Below are positions 27,641 through 42,830 of a stretch of DNA of 64,000 nucleotides, one piece after another (within the stretch, counting starts at the first letter, position 1; each line of letters begins with the position of its first letter). The translations under genes were made by a program, and so were the position numbers. This DNA comes from Octopus vulgaris (taxonomy: Eukaryota): assembly GCA_951406725.2 (NCBI GenBank), contig OX597830.1, positions 70,246,001-70,310,000 on the forward strand, given 5' to 3'. The notes under the pieces are model-generated. The model was not told the origin of the DNA, ran no database searches, and saw nothing but the letters and a program-made list of their open reading frames with translations.

Positions 27641-28617
27641 ACGCCTGTATGCATGTACGAACGTATATCTACGGTCTGCTAAAAGATAACATAAAGATCA
27701 AAGGTGTTTTAGTTTGAAACCTCTTGCAATGTTTCCTCCATATTTCCAGCAAAAGAAACATTTCTTTTTTAAATATTTTCTCTTTCTTTTTTGTCATTTA
27801 AATCACATTTTATACATGCGACTCCTAACTCAACTTAAAAAGGAGAACGTGTTGAGAATTACCAACGATACAAAACAAACAAGCTCGAATCCAGAGAGAC
27901 AGTCTTCAGCGATGCGTAAGTGCTAATAAGAAGAATAACCAAAACAGAGAAACTAAAAGCACTTCTATCGCAGATTGTATAAGTTTAAAATATTCAGCCA
28001 AAGTCCGTAAACAATTCTGTATAGGTGGGTCGAATCCGTCACCATGGAAACAGCGACTGCGTATTGCGAGTTGTTGAAAAGTTGCTTGCTTTAAAATGGA
28101 CGCGCATCACTTCATACTCAATGTCTGTTAAATGTTTTGGGCAGCAAATGTTGACTGCGGAATAATCCTTCTTTACACAAGATTGTATGCTAGTTAGGGT
28201 CCAGTAATTACATCAGGTTTGTCATGGACTTTTAAGCTCGTGAGAGATAAATCTCTGCAATATAGCTTGAAGAGTCACAATGACCGATTGACCAGGCCAA
28301 AGTGGTCGAGGGCTCAAACGAAAGCTTTCCACCGACCGACGTATAAGCCGTCAAGGTCTGTCGTATGAGTGTACGATTGTTATTCGTTAACACAGCAGTC
28401 AGTTCTTCAATTTGCAAGTTATTATCATCTCTGTGGTTACTAATTCTATTTTGGATGAGAAGACACCCACATGCATACATAGTCATACACACACATAAAC
28501 ACACATACATACACTCAGGCACACGCGCTATCTATCTATCTATCTTCCACTCTTTCTCTGTATGCGTATATATATACACACACACATATCTATATGTACA
28601 TTCTCACATATATATAC

Positions 28618-28732
<115 letters not shown>

Positions 28733-28735
28733 GAA

Positions 28736-28961
28736 GGCGGCGAGCTGGCAGAAATGTTAGCACGCCGGGCGAAATGCGTAACCGTATTTCGTCTGTCGTT
28801 ACGTTCCGAGTTCAAATTCCGCCGAGGTTGAATTTGCCTTTCATCCTTTCGGTGTCGATAAATTAAGTACCAGTTACGCACTGGGGTCGATGTAATCGAC
28901 TTAATCCCTTTGTCTGTCCTTGTTTGTCCTCTCTGTGTTTAGCCCCTTGTGGGTAGTAAAG

Positions 28962-28966
<5 letters not shown>
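28736..28966 (+). mobile_element. Full-length young SINE family C
   Basis: GGCGGCGAGCTGGCAGAAATGTTAGCACG...GAGTTCAAATTCC (B box)...GCCCCTTGTGGGTAGTAAAGAAATA, between (TG)n and (TA)n. Confidence 0.9.
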
Positions 28967-29018
<52 letters not shown>

Positions 29019-29297
29019 TATACATACATATATGTGTATACGTATATCCATATATGTGTATATGTGTATGTAGATATGTATGTATGTATACCTGTGTGTA
29101 TAAATACTTATTAGTACGAAAGCGAATTTCTATCTCCACCTATACAGTTGCATCAAAATATTTGTAAACATCTATGTAAATTTGTGAAAGCTTGTTTTTT
29201 TTTTTTTTGTTTGTTCTTCCATGTTTGTATGCTAACGTATTCATACGAATGCATGTAACCTATGTATTTAATTCAGATAAGTACGTATGCGCATATA

Positions 29298-29385
<88 letters not shown>

Positions 29386-30304
29386 TGTATGTATGTACGC
29401 ATGCATATATGTCAAAGAGATAGACAGAGATAGATAGAGAATGAGTGATTAAATATGTTATTATGCGAATGTTCATACGTGTGTATCAAGTACAAAAACA
29501 GCGAATCGGTGACTATATTGAAGTAGATGCGCAAGTATAATAAATGTGCTCAGAAGTGTGAACGTATGAGATTATTTTTATGTATGTGTATGTATGTATT
29601 CACGTTTATGTTTTATGTATCTGTTACGTATCTGTATTAATAGTCTACGTGCGTGTTTGGTTAAGCGAGAGATTGTGTATGTTTATGTATATATATATAT
29701 GTAATTGCTATTCATTTGAAATTAAGAAGAAAGTGATAGTTTTAAACCTTGCCATATTCTATAATATTTAAACAAACGTTTATGAATTTATGGACTTTTC
29801 TCTCTTTATTAACATCATTATTTCCATTTTATATCCCTATTATCAATTCTACATGAATATTTATACGCGTGTGTATGTGTGTGTATAGTTATATATATAT
29901 GTATGAGATTGTGTGCGTATGCATATATGTGAGTGCGTGCGTGAGTGTATTTTAGTGGTGATTTATATCTAATAAAGTACTGTTTAGTACGAACAATATT
30001 TGTATCAGTGACTAGTTTACTATGCAGAGTATTGCTTTGTAATAGCATTTTCTCCGTAGACAAGAGCAATAGCTTTATATGGAAAAGCTAGTAATACTAG
30101 AAATACTTAGAGTCGTTGGAAATATAATCTTCCAATAGCACTAAATATGGTCTCCTTTGAATTGCTCTCTCTCTCTCTCTCTTATTTTTTCATTAGCGCG
30201 CGTGAGAGAGAGCGAGATCGATAGAGAGACAAACATACATATATTGTGAACGGAAGACAGACAAAGAAGACAGGTTCAAGGAATGCTATATTGGAAGATA
30301 TAAA

Positions 30305-30360
30305 GCAGGGAGGCACAACATGCTCCAGGCGTGCCGCATGCGGCCAACACAAAAGGTTTT
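30305..30360 (+). mobile_element. Possible hAT-type MITE 5' end
   Basis: CAGGGAGGCACAAC...GCCGCATGCGGCC resembles hAT/Charlie termini. No matching opposite terminus was found. Confidence 0.35.
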
Positions 30361-30593
30361 GTGCTCCACTGTGAGTTCTCATGTCCCACTCTGCTGTTGC
30401 ATAATACAATTAAAAGTTATTTTATATTTGGTAAACCTTGATATTCCCCTCATAAACTTTATGGACCCCTTTCTGAAAAACTTTCTGTGTCACATGTATA
30501 ATGCTTTTTATTCAAAGTTTAAAACATCAAACTAACAAAGCCTCAACATAGACAAGCCTTTACGTAGTACTGTGAGTCAGGAATAGCAGTGAA

Positions 30594-30700
30594 TACATCG
30601 ACCCTAGTGCATAACTGGTACTTAATTTATCGACCCCGAAAGGATGAAAGGCAAAGTCGACCTCGGCGGAATTTGAACTCAGGTTTATCGACCCCGAAGG
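30594..30700 (-). mobile_element. SINE family C internal fragment
   Basis: Near-exact match to 19501-19588. Confidence 0.85.
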
Positions 30701-31212
30701 GCAGAATGTTACAGAGAATGTGAAGGATTGAAAGCTGAGTAGACGACAAAAACAAAGAGACAAATGGAAGAAAAAGAGTGTCAGACCGACGGATAGGCAC
30801 ACGCACACACACACACTGAAAGTGAAAGTGAAAGTAGTGATAGATACTGAGTAGACGGACAGAGTGATAGGGTGACTGCGATAGAATGAGAGGGTTGTGA
30901 GACAGAAAGCGAAAGTTGAGTCAACTGTGCTTAATCAGAACAGAAAAAGGATGAAAGAAAGAAATCTTAGAGCGATATATAGTAATATATTACTATCCAT
31001 AATTACTGACATTTAGTATTAATGTTTCTTCCTAATGACTTCATTATATAGACCAAGTCAGCTTCATTGCTATATAGCCATATTGCTATATAGTTATATA
31101 TATATATATATATACACATATTGGCACACTAGTTGCTGCAGTTACTGTATAGACGTTTTCATTTTCTCTTGGACACCTAATCAACATCTTCAACTGTATG
31201 TATATACGTGTG

Positions 31213-31265
<53 letters not shown>

Positions 31266-31273
31266 TCATATGC

Positions 31274-31318
<45 letters not shown>

Positions 31319-32049
31319 TTTACACGGACTCATACACATATGTATATCTGTGTGTGTGTGTGTGGTCAGCAAGCAATGAAAAGACATGGCTTCGGATTCT
31401 GTGAAACAGGTGAAATGCCTTAGAAGGAAACCAAAATACTGTGAGTTCGTTTCTCATCGGCCCCTACTGGCTTGACTTTTTTCTGCTTCCTTGGCAAAAG
31501 CAAATAAACAATGGGAACAGTGTCATGTCCGTTACTTCATACCCCTTATGGTCCATCGTCGCATCATGTCGCTGAGCGCAGCATGGTAGTGAGCCAGGTG
31601 AAGAAAAAATATAACTAAAAAAAATAATAAAACAATACATCGGTTCTCGAGCGCGTACCTACGTATCTAAATTCTCGATTTGCTCGAAGTGTCATCCAAA
31701 TCTTCTCTAAATCCCACGATGATATATTTTTCTCTTCTTTTTGTAAAAAAAAAAAAGCAATAACAAAATAAAACGAAGGAAACATTGGACAATGAAGATT
31801 TAGATATACTACATCTGAAAGCAATATTAGAAAGATAAAAGCTGGAACACCTTGTATAGTAGATCTGCTCCGTCAAGGATGGCTTATGGCAAAACGAATC
31901 TTGAAGCTAAGGGATACGAAATAAAGAAATAACTAACTAAATAAATGAATAAATAAATAAGTGTACGCTGTCTAAAAACCGTTATCGAAAAAGCGAAGGG
32001 GTTGTTAGATGCTGATCGGTCCATTTAAATGAGGGACTGATTTAACAAT

Positions 32050-32760
32050 CCTTTTTACTATGGGCACAAGGCCTGAAATTTTGTGGCCGGGAGCGGTCGA
32101 GTACATCGATTGCAGTTCTCAACAAGTAAATATATAATCGACTCTGAAAGGATAAAGGGCAAAGTCGACAGCGGGTGAAATTTGAACTCAGAACGTAATG
32201 ACGGACCTATCTCTTTACTACCCACAAGGGGCTAAACACAGAGAGGACAAACAAGGACAGACAAACGGATTAAGTCGATTACATCGACCCCAGTGCGTAA
32301 CTTGTGCTTAATTTATCGACCCCGAAAGGATGAATGGCAAAGTCGACCTCGGCGGAATTTGAACTCAGAACGTAACGGCAGACGAAATACGGCTACGCAT
32401 TTCGCCCGGCGTGCTAACGTTTCTGCCACCTCACGGACGAAATACTACTAAGCATTTTGTAGAGCTAACGATTCTGCCCAGCACATAGCTGTTTTAAAAA
32501 AATTATACGTAATATTATATTTCTTCCCCCGAAATTAATATCTGGAGTTAAGCCTATAGGCACACGGCCTGAAACTTCGACGGAAGGGTGTTAAGTCGAT
32601 GACATCGACATCAGTGATCAAATAGTATTTATTTTACCAACCCCGAAAGGTTGAATGGCAAAGTTGGGCTCAGCAGAGTTTGAGCTCAGAGCTGCTTAAG
32701 AGTTGGAAAAAAAACCCATAAGAAATTTGTCCGCTGCGCTAAAGATTCTGCAATCTCGTC
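32050..32760 (-). mobile_element. Nested SINE family C: a young copy (32207-32432) inside an older copy, plus an adjacent old copy
   Basis: ACGGAC is duplicated at 32201-32206 and 32433-32438, and the host copy resumes collinearly after the insert. Confidence 0.85.
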
Positions 32761-33167
32761 AACCTACTAGTTATAAAATGTATTAACGACAACGACGATG
32801 ATGATGACGACGACGGCGACAACGCTGATGATGGGAGTGACGAGAATGATGATGATAATGACGACGATGAAGACGATGATGATGATGATGGTTAAGATGA
32901 GTGTTTTTTTTATTTTTTTACATAATAATGTTTTTAAACTTTTAAAACATAAATATATTTATAATCACACTTGTCATGTTCTGTAAAACTGAGCTAAGGT
33001 TAATGGTTTCACATTCTTCAAAAGTGAATAAATGGAACGAAAACATATGTCTGTACGTCTGTATGTCTGTCTGTCTGACTGCCTGTCTGTCTGTCTGTAT
33101 GTATTTATACAAACACACATATGTATATGTATGCATATATATATATATATATATACATACATACACT

Positions 33168-33199
<32 letters not shown>

Positions 33200-33206
33200 A
33201 GTGTAT

Positions 33207-33341
<135 letters not shown>

Positions 33342-33694
33342 CATACACACGCACACACACATACTTACGGACACGCCACACAAGCCCATACACAGATGTG
33401 TGTATGTTTATGTGTGTATGTGTGTCTGCGCAACCATGTATGTATGTATGTATGTATGTAAGCATTGTGGTAACTACCAGAAACAAATATTGAAGTGTGA
33501 ACGATAAATAACAGACAATTCGTAGTGTAGCAGCCTCATCCATCATATACAGTTGTTGATCTATCGTTTATCTGAGATTGTGAGGACAGGCTACGAACTC
33601 TCTCTCTGTCAGCGTTATTAATAAAAGACATATAAGAAGAAGAGGTCACATCTCACACATCCTCTCTAGTTTCCGGCCCCGATGATTATATATG

Positions 33695-33769
<75 letters not shown>

Positions 33770-34287
33770 GCACACACGTTTGTATTTATGTATGCATGCA
33801 TGTATATTTGTGTGTGCATATATATATATATATATACATATACAAACATGCATATATATATAAGTGTACAAATGCATATATATGTGTATATATATATATA
33901 TATACGCACACAGACACAGACACATACATATATGTATGTACATATATGCATGTATGTTTATGTATACACACACATATATATATACATACGTATGCATATA
34001 CGTAGCTCTGAATATGTACACATACACATACGTACTTGTTCTCGAGCTACTGTGTATGCAGATGTTTTTATGTATGTACATCCGTACGTATGCATCTGTA
34101 ATTTTAATGCACGCACGCACACACACACACTCACACACACACACACACACACTCACACACACACTCACACACACACACGCACTCGTACCAAACACAAACA
34201 TACATATCTCATTTCTACGAAATTTCGTAAAATGATTTCTTCTGTTGTGTGGTGTGTATGTATGCATATATATATATATATATATAT

Positions 34288-34345
<58 letters not shown>

Positions 34346-34371
34346 ATATGTATATATATATACACATACAC

Positions 34372-34402
<31 letters not shown>

Positions 34403-36289
34403 TGTATACCTAAACATATGCACATACACATACTTAAGTAAGTGTATCTTTGAGAAAACGTTTGCTTAGATGTGGAATTATGACAAAATGATGGTTCCAG
34501 ATCGTTATTTATGGCGTTCGTATTTCAACAATGGAGTCTTAACTTAGATTAGACGGGATTAATTTTGAAAAGACATACGAACATAAATAACGATGTAGCC
34601 TTTTCATCCTCTCTTAAATTATAAACTATTCTCATTCATCAAACCTCCGTATGTGTTTATCTACAGACCTCGATGTATGTATGAACACGGACATGGTCGA
34701 GTGGCTAAGAAGTCGAGGGTTGCAAGTATGGGGCTACGATTTCGAGCCCACTGAGAGGAACCTTGTGTAAGTATGCTCCTTCTACAGTAGTTTCTTATTG
34801 ATTTTTAAACCTTGTGAATAGCTTTGGGCAAATGGAAAAATGTGTATGGAAGCTCGGCAGAATGTGCTGCAATAAGAAGTGGCTAAGATGTCGAGGGTTG
34901 TAAACGTGAGGTTTCGATTTCGATGTCACTGACAGTGACGTTGTGTCAGAACGTTCGTTCTACCATAGCTTTCTGTTGAGGAATGCATTGAGATCTATCA
35001 TAGGCTATAAGGTTACACATTTTTGGTGGGGATCGGTGTCGATTGTATAGATCCCAGTACCTGATTAACCATCTATCTCGGAAGGACCAAAGGTTTAAAT
35101 TTAACTTAGGCACGAAACTCAAAACTCAACGGGACATTATTAATACCAAAAGGTATTTCACCCGTCATTTATGCAGTTTCTGCATAGATAAAAAAATTGA
35201 AATTTCAATTTACATATTTTTTTTTCCTCTCCGTTGTTGTTGCTATTTAAGACAAATAGAACGAAAAATAACTCGAGAATATACCCAAGAACGAATATTT
35301 CAGTATTACAAAATATAGAAAAAAATTTTTATAGTATTTTATATAACAAAACAATAACAATGATACCAACAAAAACATACTCTGGTTTTAACTTTATATC
35401 AATTCTCGTAATTGTTAAACTGTGGCAGATATTAAATTAAATCTTCTTTGGATTTTGGTCATTTTTACAGAATTCTCGTTGCCAGTTATTTACAGGGAAA
35501 AAGTAAAGCGTTAGAAAAAAATTCCCCAGATAATAAACAATATCAACAATAAAAATATAGAAATAATAAAAGAAAAAGAGAGTCGCTTATGACGAGTAAT
35601 CATTTATGATTGAGTTACATTTATTATTAAAGTCATTTTATAAAGATTATCAACTTTATATTGAATTTGCGCGTTTATTGGAAACGCTGAGGATGTTGTC
35701 AAATATTTATAACTCTTATCACTTAAAAGAAAAAAACAAAAACAAAACGGCTTTCCCTCTTCAACAAAACAATAAAACTAAAGAATTAAATATTTATCTC
35801 TTGGGCTTATCGGGCATTTTATTTAATTCCTTACGAAATACTTTTCGAGTATTAAAGTTATTGTTTCCGTAAGTGGTGATAATAAATTGTACTGTGGGTT
35901 TGTAATACATTATGTCGGCTGTTCAGAATTTTCAATGCTGATGTCACTTCCGGTAGATGTATATTTAATGGAAAACAATATGGAGGGCAATTATAATCGC
36001 ATAACGACTCGACCCGGCGAGGGACAGAATCTCTCAATAGACGGATATTATACGATGATACGAAGTCCAATTTCAGGATATTGTTGATGGAACAGAGACC
36101 GAGATAAATAAGAATCTACTCAGAGTAGAAGCTTTTCTTTTCATATGAATAAAATATGTGAACTGATGTGCATCTTGTCGAGTTTTTAAGTGTTAAGAAC
36201 AAACAAAATGAGGACAAATATCCATCGAATGTAAATAATGTAAATAATGTACATAATTCCTCATCTCTTAAATATAGAACTGTAAAAGA

Positions 36290-36665
36290 TTGGTAGATGA
36301 CTAGAAATTATTTTGTCGAATCCGGAGAGACGGAAGGCAATGTTGAACTTCAGGGAATTTAAGTTCAGGAAATACAGAGCTGCAACGAAATACTGCAAAG
36401 CATTTGTTCGACGCGCTTGCTATTCTACCAACCCACCAACCTTAATATAATAATGACCGTTTCTTATTTAAGAATAAGTCGAGCAACATTGAGGGGAAGG
36501 AACCAGACGATTACATCGACCCCCAGTACTTGACTGGCATTTTTCTGGATTCAGAAACGATGAACGGCAAGGTTAGCCACGTCAGGATTTGAACTCAGAA
36601 CATAGCGAGTGAGAAGAAAAGCCTGCGAGAAAATTTTGTCCGATGCTCTCACGATTTTGCCAATA
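36290..36665 (-). mobile_element. Two old SINE family C copies
   Basis: GAAATACTGCAAAGCATTTG, ACATCGACCCCCAGTACT and GGATTTGAACTCAGAAC blocks. Confidence 0.65.
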
Positions 36666-37019
36666 ATTCGGTTGCATATAAAGCTGCCTTAAAAATTATA
36701 CAGATTATGTCTAATTAGTTCAAACCTTATCGACTTGCAAAAACTTAAATAGACAGTCGAAAATGATATTTCTTTTTTGTCTCTTTTTTTTTTTTTTGTT
36801 TTTTTGGTGTTAACAGAACGGTGAGATATTGAATTAGCAAGCGTAAAAAGTTCTACCGTTTTGCACTACTCATCTTTAATATCTTCAAGAATAGGACACA
36901 TGGCCAGTGTTTTAAAGATTATAGCAAATGACAGAAAGAGAAGCCTTATTACGAATATGACAATAACATCACGACCACCACCACAACCACCGCCGCCGCC
37001 ACCACCAGAAACAACAACA

Positions 37020-37243
<224 letters not shown>

Positions 37244-37374
37244 TCGTAGCGAATCTCACTGCATCCCCGTCACTCTACTTTTACGTGTCTCTCTTCACTT
37301 CTGGCATATATATATATATATACATCTGTATGTATGTGTATATATATATATATGTACGTGTATATATATATATG

Positions 37375-37423
<49 letters not shown>

Positions 37424-37584
37424 ATGTATATATGTTTGTATGTATGAATGTATGCCTGTCTTGCAGTGAGTGCCATGTTTTTTTTTGTTCTGTCCCATGA
37501 CTTTCTGACAAAAAACTAGTTTGATTAGCGCAGAAAAAGAAATAAAAAAACCCAAAACGGAACGACCTTGATAGTGAACTGTAT

Positions 37585-37616
<32 letters not shown>

Positions 37617-37957
37617 CTAATTGTTGTTTATGTTCTCTATGTTGCAACTGTATCTAAATTATTTTGTCGTCTTTTGCTAATAATGTTGCAATTCTTTGCT
37701 AATTATATGATTATAACTGTTGCTAATGACATCATTATGATTGTTGTTATTGTGGTTGTTAATTTTGTTACTGGTGGTCGTTATGATGTTGTAATTGTTG
37801 TTAGTGTTGCCCTTGTTGTTACTATTTATGTTGTGGTAATTGTTATCGTGGTCGTCGGGCTTGCACTTGATGTTGTCGTTGCGATGGTGGTGGCGGCGGT
37901 GGTAGTGGTGGTGGTGGACGTAGTTGTTAATGTTGTTGTTGTTGTTTACATCGTCGC

Positions 37958-37988
<31 letters not shown>

Positions 37989-38312
37989 ATTGAGCTATCT
38001 AATGAAAGCTTGACAGAAACATCTGTATCACATGCATGGATGGTTTAAAAGGTGTTCCATGATTCTATTGGTGAAGACATCTCGTTTTAGGTGTTTAAAG
38101 TGCGTCTCAAACACACATACACACACAGAGTGAGAGAGAGAGAGAATGAAAGAGAATGAGAGAGAGAGGAGGAGAAGAAAAATGAGAGTAAGAGAGCAAA
38201 GAAAAGAGAGACAGAGAAAGAGTGGGAGAGGAAGAGAAGTGAGGCACAGAAGGAGTAGAAGACAGGAGTAGATATTCTGAGTGTGAGGGATGTTGGCATG
38301 TGTATGCGCTTC

Positions 38313-38343
<31 letters not shown>

Positions 38344-38360
38344 GATGTGTATACACACAC

Positions 38361-38498
<138 letters not shown>

Positions 38499-38877
38499 CA
38501 AGCACACATATATGTGGATATATGTATGTATGTATATGTTGTGTATGTATGAGTGAAGTGTCCGCTTGAGATAGTCAAATCGCTATAGATAGACATCACA
38601 GTGGTCATAAAAAGCCTTCAGCCGGTCATCAGTGACAATTTCCTGTCGCCTTCAATATTTAAATCGAACTTGCTTTTGTATCGTGCTTAACACAAACGCA
38701 AACACACGCATACACACACACACACACAAACACACACAAACAATCACACACTAGCTCGTACAGACAAACAGACACACACACACACACGCATACGCACAAA
38801 CACATGCTCACATAACCAAGTACGCAGGTCTGCATAGAGACGTGCTCATGCGCACATTCCGAAATATATGCACATCA

Positions 38878-38969
<92 letters not shown>

Positions 38970-38987
38970 ATCTATCTGTCTGTCTGT

Positions 38988-39071
<84 letters not shown>

Positions 39072-39079
39072 CATTTATC

Positions 39080-39285
39080 TTTTACTTGTTTCAGTCATTG
39101 GACTTTAGGTATTCTGGGGTCACTGTCTTGAAGGGTTTCGTCGAACAAATCGACCCGAGTACTTATTTTTGTGTCTGCTATTTATTCTACCAATCTCATT
39201 TTTCGAAACGCTGAATCACTAAGTTACGGGAATGGAAAACAAACTAACACCGGTTGTCAAGCGTTAGTGTGGACAAACCAAAAGA
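39080..39285 (-). mobile_element. SINE family B tail
   Basis: TTTTACTTGTTTCAGTCATT.GACT...AAATCGACCC..GTACTTAT...CTAAGTTACGGG...CGGTTGTCAAGCG. Confidence 0.75.
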
Positions 39286-39524
39286 CACACACGCACGATA
39301 CACACCACACTCACACAGACGCAGACGCACACACAATACACACACACCACCACCACCACCAACAACAACAACAAAAACAACGGGCAGTCACACGAGATAA
39401 TTGGAGGTTATAACATTCATACATTTTCCAAGCGAAGCGGCTGTTGGCCGATTCCAGGCTGAGATTGTCAAAGATTAAAAATTTGTTTATAGGAAAATTT
39501 AGCTCTTTGCAAGAGGGGAAAGAA

Positions 39525-39571
<47 letters not shown>

Positions 39572-39603
39572 CATTATTATCATTATTATTATTATTATTA
39601 CTA

Positions 39604-39693
<90 letters not shown>

Positions 39694-39697
39694 CTAC

Positions 39698-39758
<61 letters not shown>

Positions 39759-39760
39759 TT
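39525..39760. repeat. Long (ATT)n repeat
   Basis: Directly visible. Confidence 0.95.
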
Positions 39761-40811
39761 ATTTTTCATTCAAGTAACTATTTTTTTAATGGATATCGAA
39801 TCTTTGAAAAAATCGTAAAATAGAATGCAAAATAACCTTGAACTTGGTACTGTGAACGTTCGAATTCAAAGAATTATGAAAAATCGAATAGAAGTAATGG
39901 GAGGTGATATTTATTGAATTTTTTATCTTTATACAGAATTTATCACATGTTGATATGTTTTACAGCTTTATAAAATGGTTAGTCTTTCATATCATGTGAG
40001 ATTGTAGTCGCTTATTGAATTAACATTGATATCAACCAGATATCAATTGGCTGACTGTACAGTGAGACGACCAACAAACCAGAGCAAGTTGTGATAATTT
40101 TAGCGCATTACCCTAAATCATACTATACTATACACCATTATTTTCCCTTACAACAGTTTATTCTGCATGAGTTCATATTTGGAAAAAAATCTATTGTTCA
40201 TAACCAACGTACAGACTGTATTTCATTAATTCATCATTCAGTTCAAAGGATTGGAAAACAACGTAACAGAGCCGGTAAATATAGAAATAGCAATGGTTAT
40301 AACTAAATGGGGAAGGTTGTCTTTGTTGTTGATGTTGTTGTTGTTGTTTTTATTCAGTCGCCTGACCTGCTTTTAATGTTGCCGCCTCAAAAATATCCTT
40401 CGAAACAATATTGCTTACTGTCATTGAAGAGGAAACCACATGTTTTATAAGTGCTAAATATTAGGACAGCTGCACTGCAAAAAATAACGACAGGAGGGGT
40501 TCCGGTTAGCACTACCAACTGACTGCTCCGTTTGATCATTTACCTCGATGATTCATCAGTTCTGCCCAAGCAATACTGTGCAGAGCAAATCAAGTCATAA
40601 TTCTTTCTAATTTTGGCACCAGGCCAGAAGTTTTGACGGAAAGGGGTTAAGTTGATTACCTCGACTCACCTGCCATGAGTAAACTGGTACTTAATTTATC
40701 GACTCCCAAAGTCTACGTCAGTAAGAATTAAACCCAGAATATGAACCCAAAGAATTACTGATAAATATTTTGTCCAATTTGCATTTGATTCTGCCAGCTT
40801 ATAATGGTAGC

Positions 40812-40858
40812 ACACACGCCGATGACGAGTCAATACTCAGAAACTCGAGTCCGTGTGT
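40812..40858 (+). ncRNA. Minimal type I hammerhead ribozyme-like motif
   Basis: ACACACG-CCGATGA-cGAGT caat ACTCa-GAA-ACTCGAGT-C-CGTGTGT: perfect 7-bp helix I, helix II, palindromic helix III and a GUC triplet. U4 is replaced by C. Confidence 0.7.
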
Positions 40859-42784
40859 ATCATAAGTTGAAGACGGGAAGGATGACTTCCCTTTGTAAAT
40901 ACTGATAGGGCACAGAAAGTTTGTCTAAAGCTAGCTGGAGGAGGTGTCCTCCTGGGGCTACAAACTACAGTAGCATCCACCCTTAGGGGTTAGCCATATT
41001 TAAATGGCAAATATACGTCACGATGTGTTGCAGCTACTGTTTATAACTCGCTAATCCTATCATCCAAATTTCTCATCCATTCATTCCCATTTTTATTACC
41101 CTTTTTTTTTCTAATAGTTTCCGTAACTTCGATCTTAGCCGTCAAGGCGCCATCTTATCATTACTTTTACATTTGATGTGACTTGGATAATGCTACTGCA
41201 GCTAATAACCATCCATTCATTTGCATATCTATTTCTATTGGAACTTACAATTAGCAATCAATAAGCTATTTGTCTTTATTTGCAGACTTTATCCCCTTTA
41301 GTATCTATTTGCCGCAAGGAGAAATGGGCCATTGACTGTCATATGCCTCTACAAAGAACATTGAGTTTTCAAAACGTCACACAAACTCGGTCCGATGAAA
41401 TAAAGTACCAGTAAAGTACTGGGGTCGATATTATCGACTGACAGCCTATCTGAAAACTGCTGGCCGTTTACCTAAATTATGAACACATCTCACTATATCG
41501 GGCCCCATAAAATAAAGTAATACTTAAGAAAGTGGAGTGGTGGCAACAACTAACTTTCTCTTCTCCAAACGGATGGCTTTGTTCATAAATTAGAAACAAA
41601 TATTACTAATTTTAGCTTTCATCGTTCCGATGTCGACAAAATAAAGTGCCAGTCAAGTTAAGGGGTCGATTTAATTGACTAATCCTTTCTTATCCTCCAA
41701 ATTCGGGACTTGTGACTATACTAGAAAAAAATAATATAATGAAAATATAAGCAAAACTGAGTAAGAGAAATCACTGCAATGTTGAAAAAATATATAGAAC
41801 AATAAGTTTAATGACCCTAACACATTCTCTTTCACGAACAATGTAGTGGCTTTCATCGCTCTACTTATATTACTGGCTGTTGAACCTTTGACATCAAAGC
41901 ATCAAAAGAAACAAATCCGTTGCGATTATCGCCACATCTGTTACGTCTCTACTACATTCATTGCGTAAGTAGGCGTTATTCAATGGAAGTTAACTAGAAG
42001 CATTTAAAAATTATAATTAATTAATTAATTTCATTTAGTAACTTCCTCTTTTGAAAATATCATGAGCGTAACAATTCTCCAACTAGAAAATTTTCAAATT
42101 TTGTCATAAATACTCGTTGAAGAAAACTGGAAAAAACCAATATGTATCAAATTTCCAGAGAGACTGGAAATATATATACATACATACATACATACATATA
42201 TATACATGTATATATATATATATAATATATATTTGTTTTCATATATTTGTAATCAATGGTGCCACGTGCACTGGTCTTGCAAGACGTGATGGCGTGCAAT
42301 GATCATCAAATTGCAGGACAGAAACTTAAAGTCCTGAATGTAAGTTTCAATACCTGTAACATTCAATACATATGTATGAATGTGTGTAGATATACCTATT
42401 TTCACGATGACTAATTATTATATTACATAGGTCCAACTACTTTCAGAAAACATCTTACCAAAGTCTATATAAAACCAAAAGGAACCAAAGAGTATTATTG
42501 TCTGTAGTGGGTTAGCAGGCTGAAACTTTGAAGTCATTGTCACCCATCTTCTTATAAAATTTGAATATATGCCCTACTAAAAAGTATTAATTCTACAATT
42601 TAATGCTAAGTTATATATATATATATATAGTGTAATAAATAAAATATATGCATACATACAAACATATATGTGCGTACCTACATCTACATGTTACGTCTCT
42701 ACTACATTCATTACGTAAGTAATATATATATATATATATATACGGGCTATTCTTTACTGGAAGGCGATACTTTGTATTGCATTA

Positions 42785-42830
<46 letters not shown>

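Noticed and set aside
40515-40565. Minus-strand CTGATGA-ATCAT/ATGAT-CAAA...GTC
   Set aside because: G12 is missing and helix I does not pair. At best it is a very decayed hammerhead.
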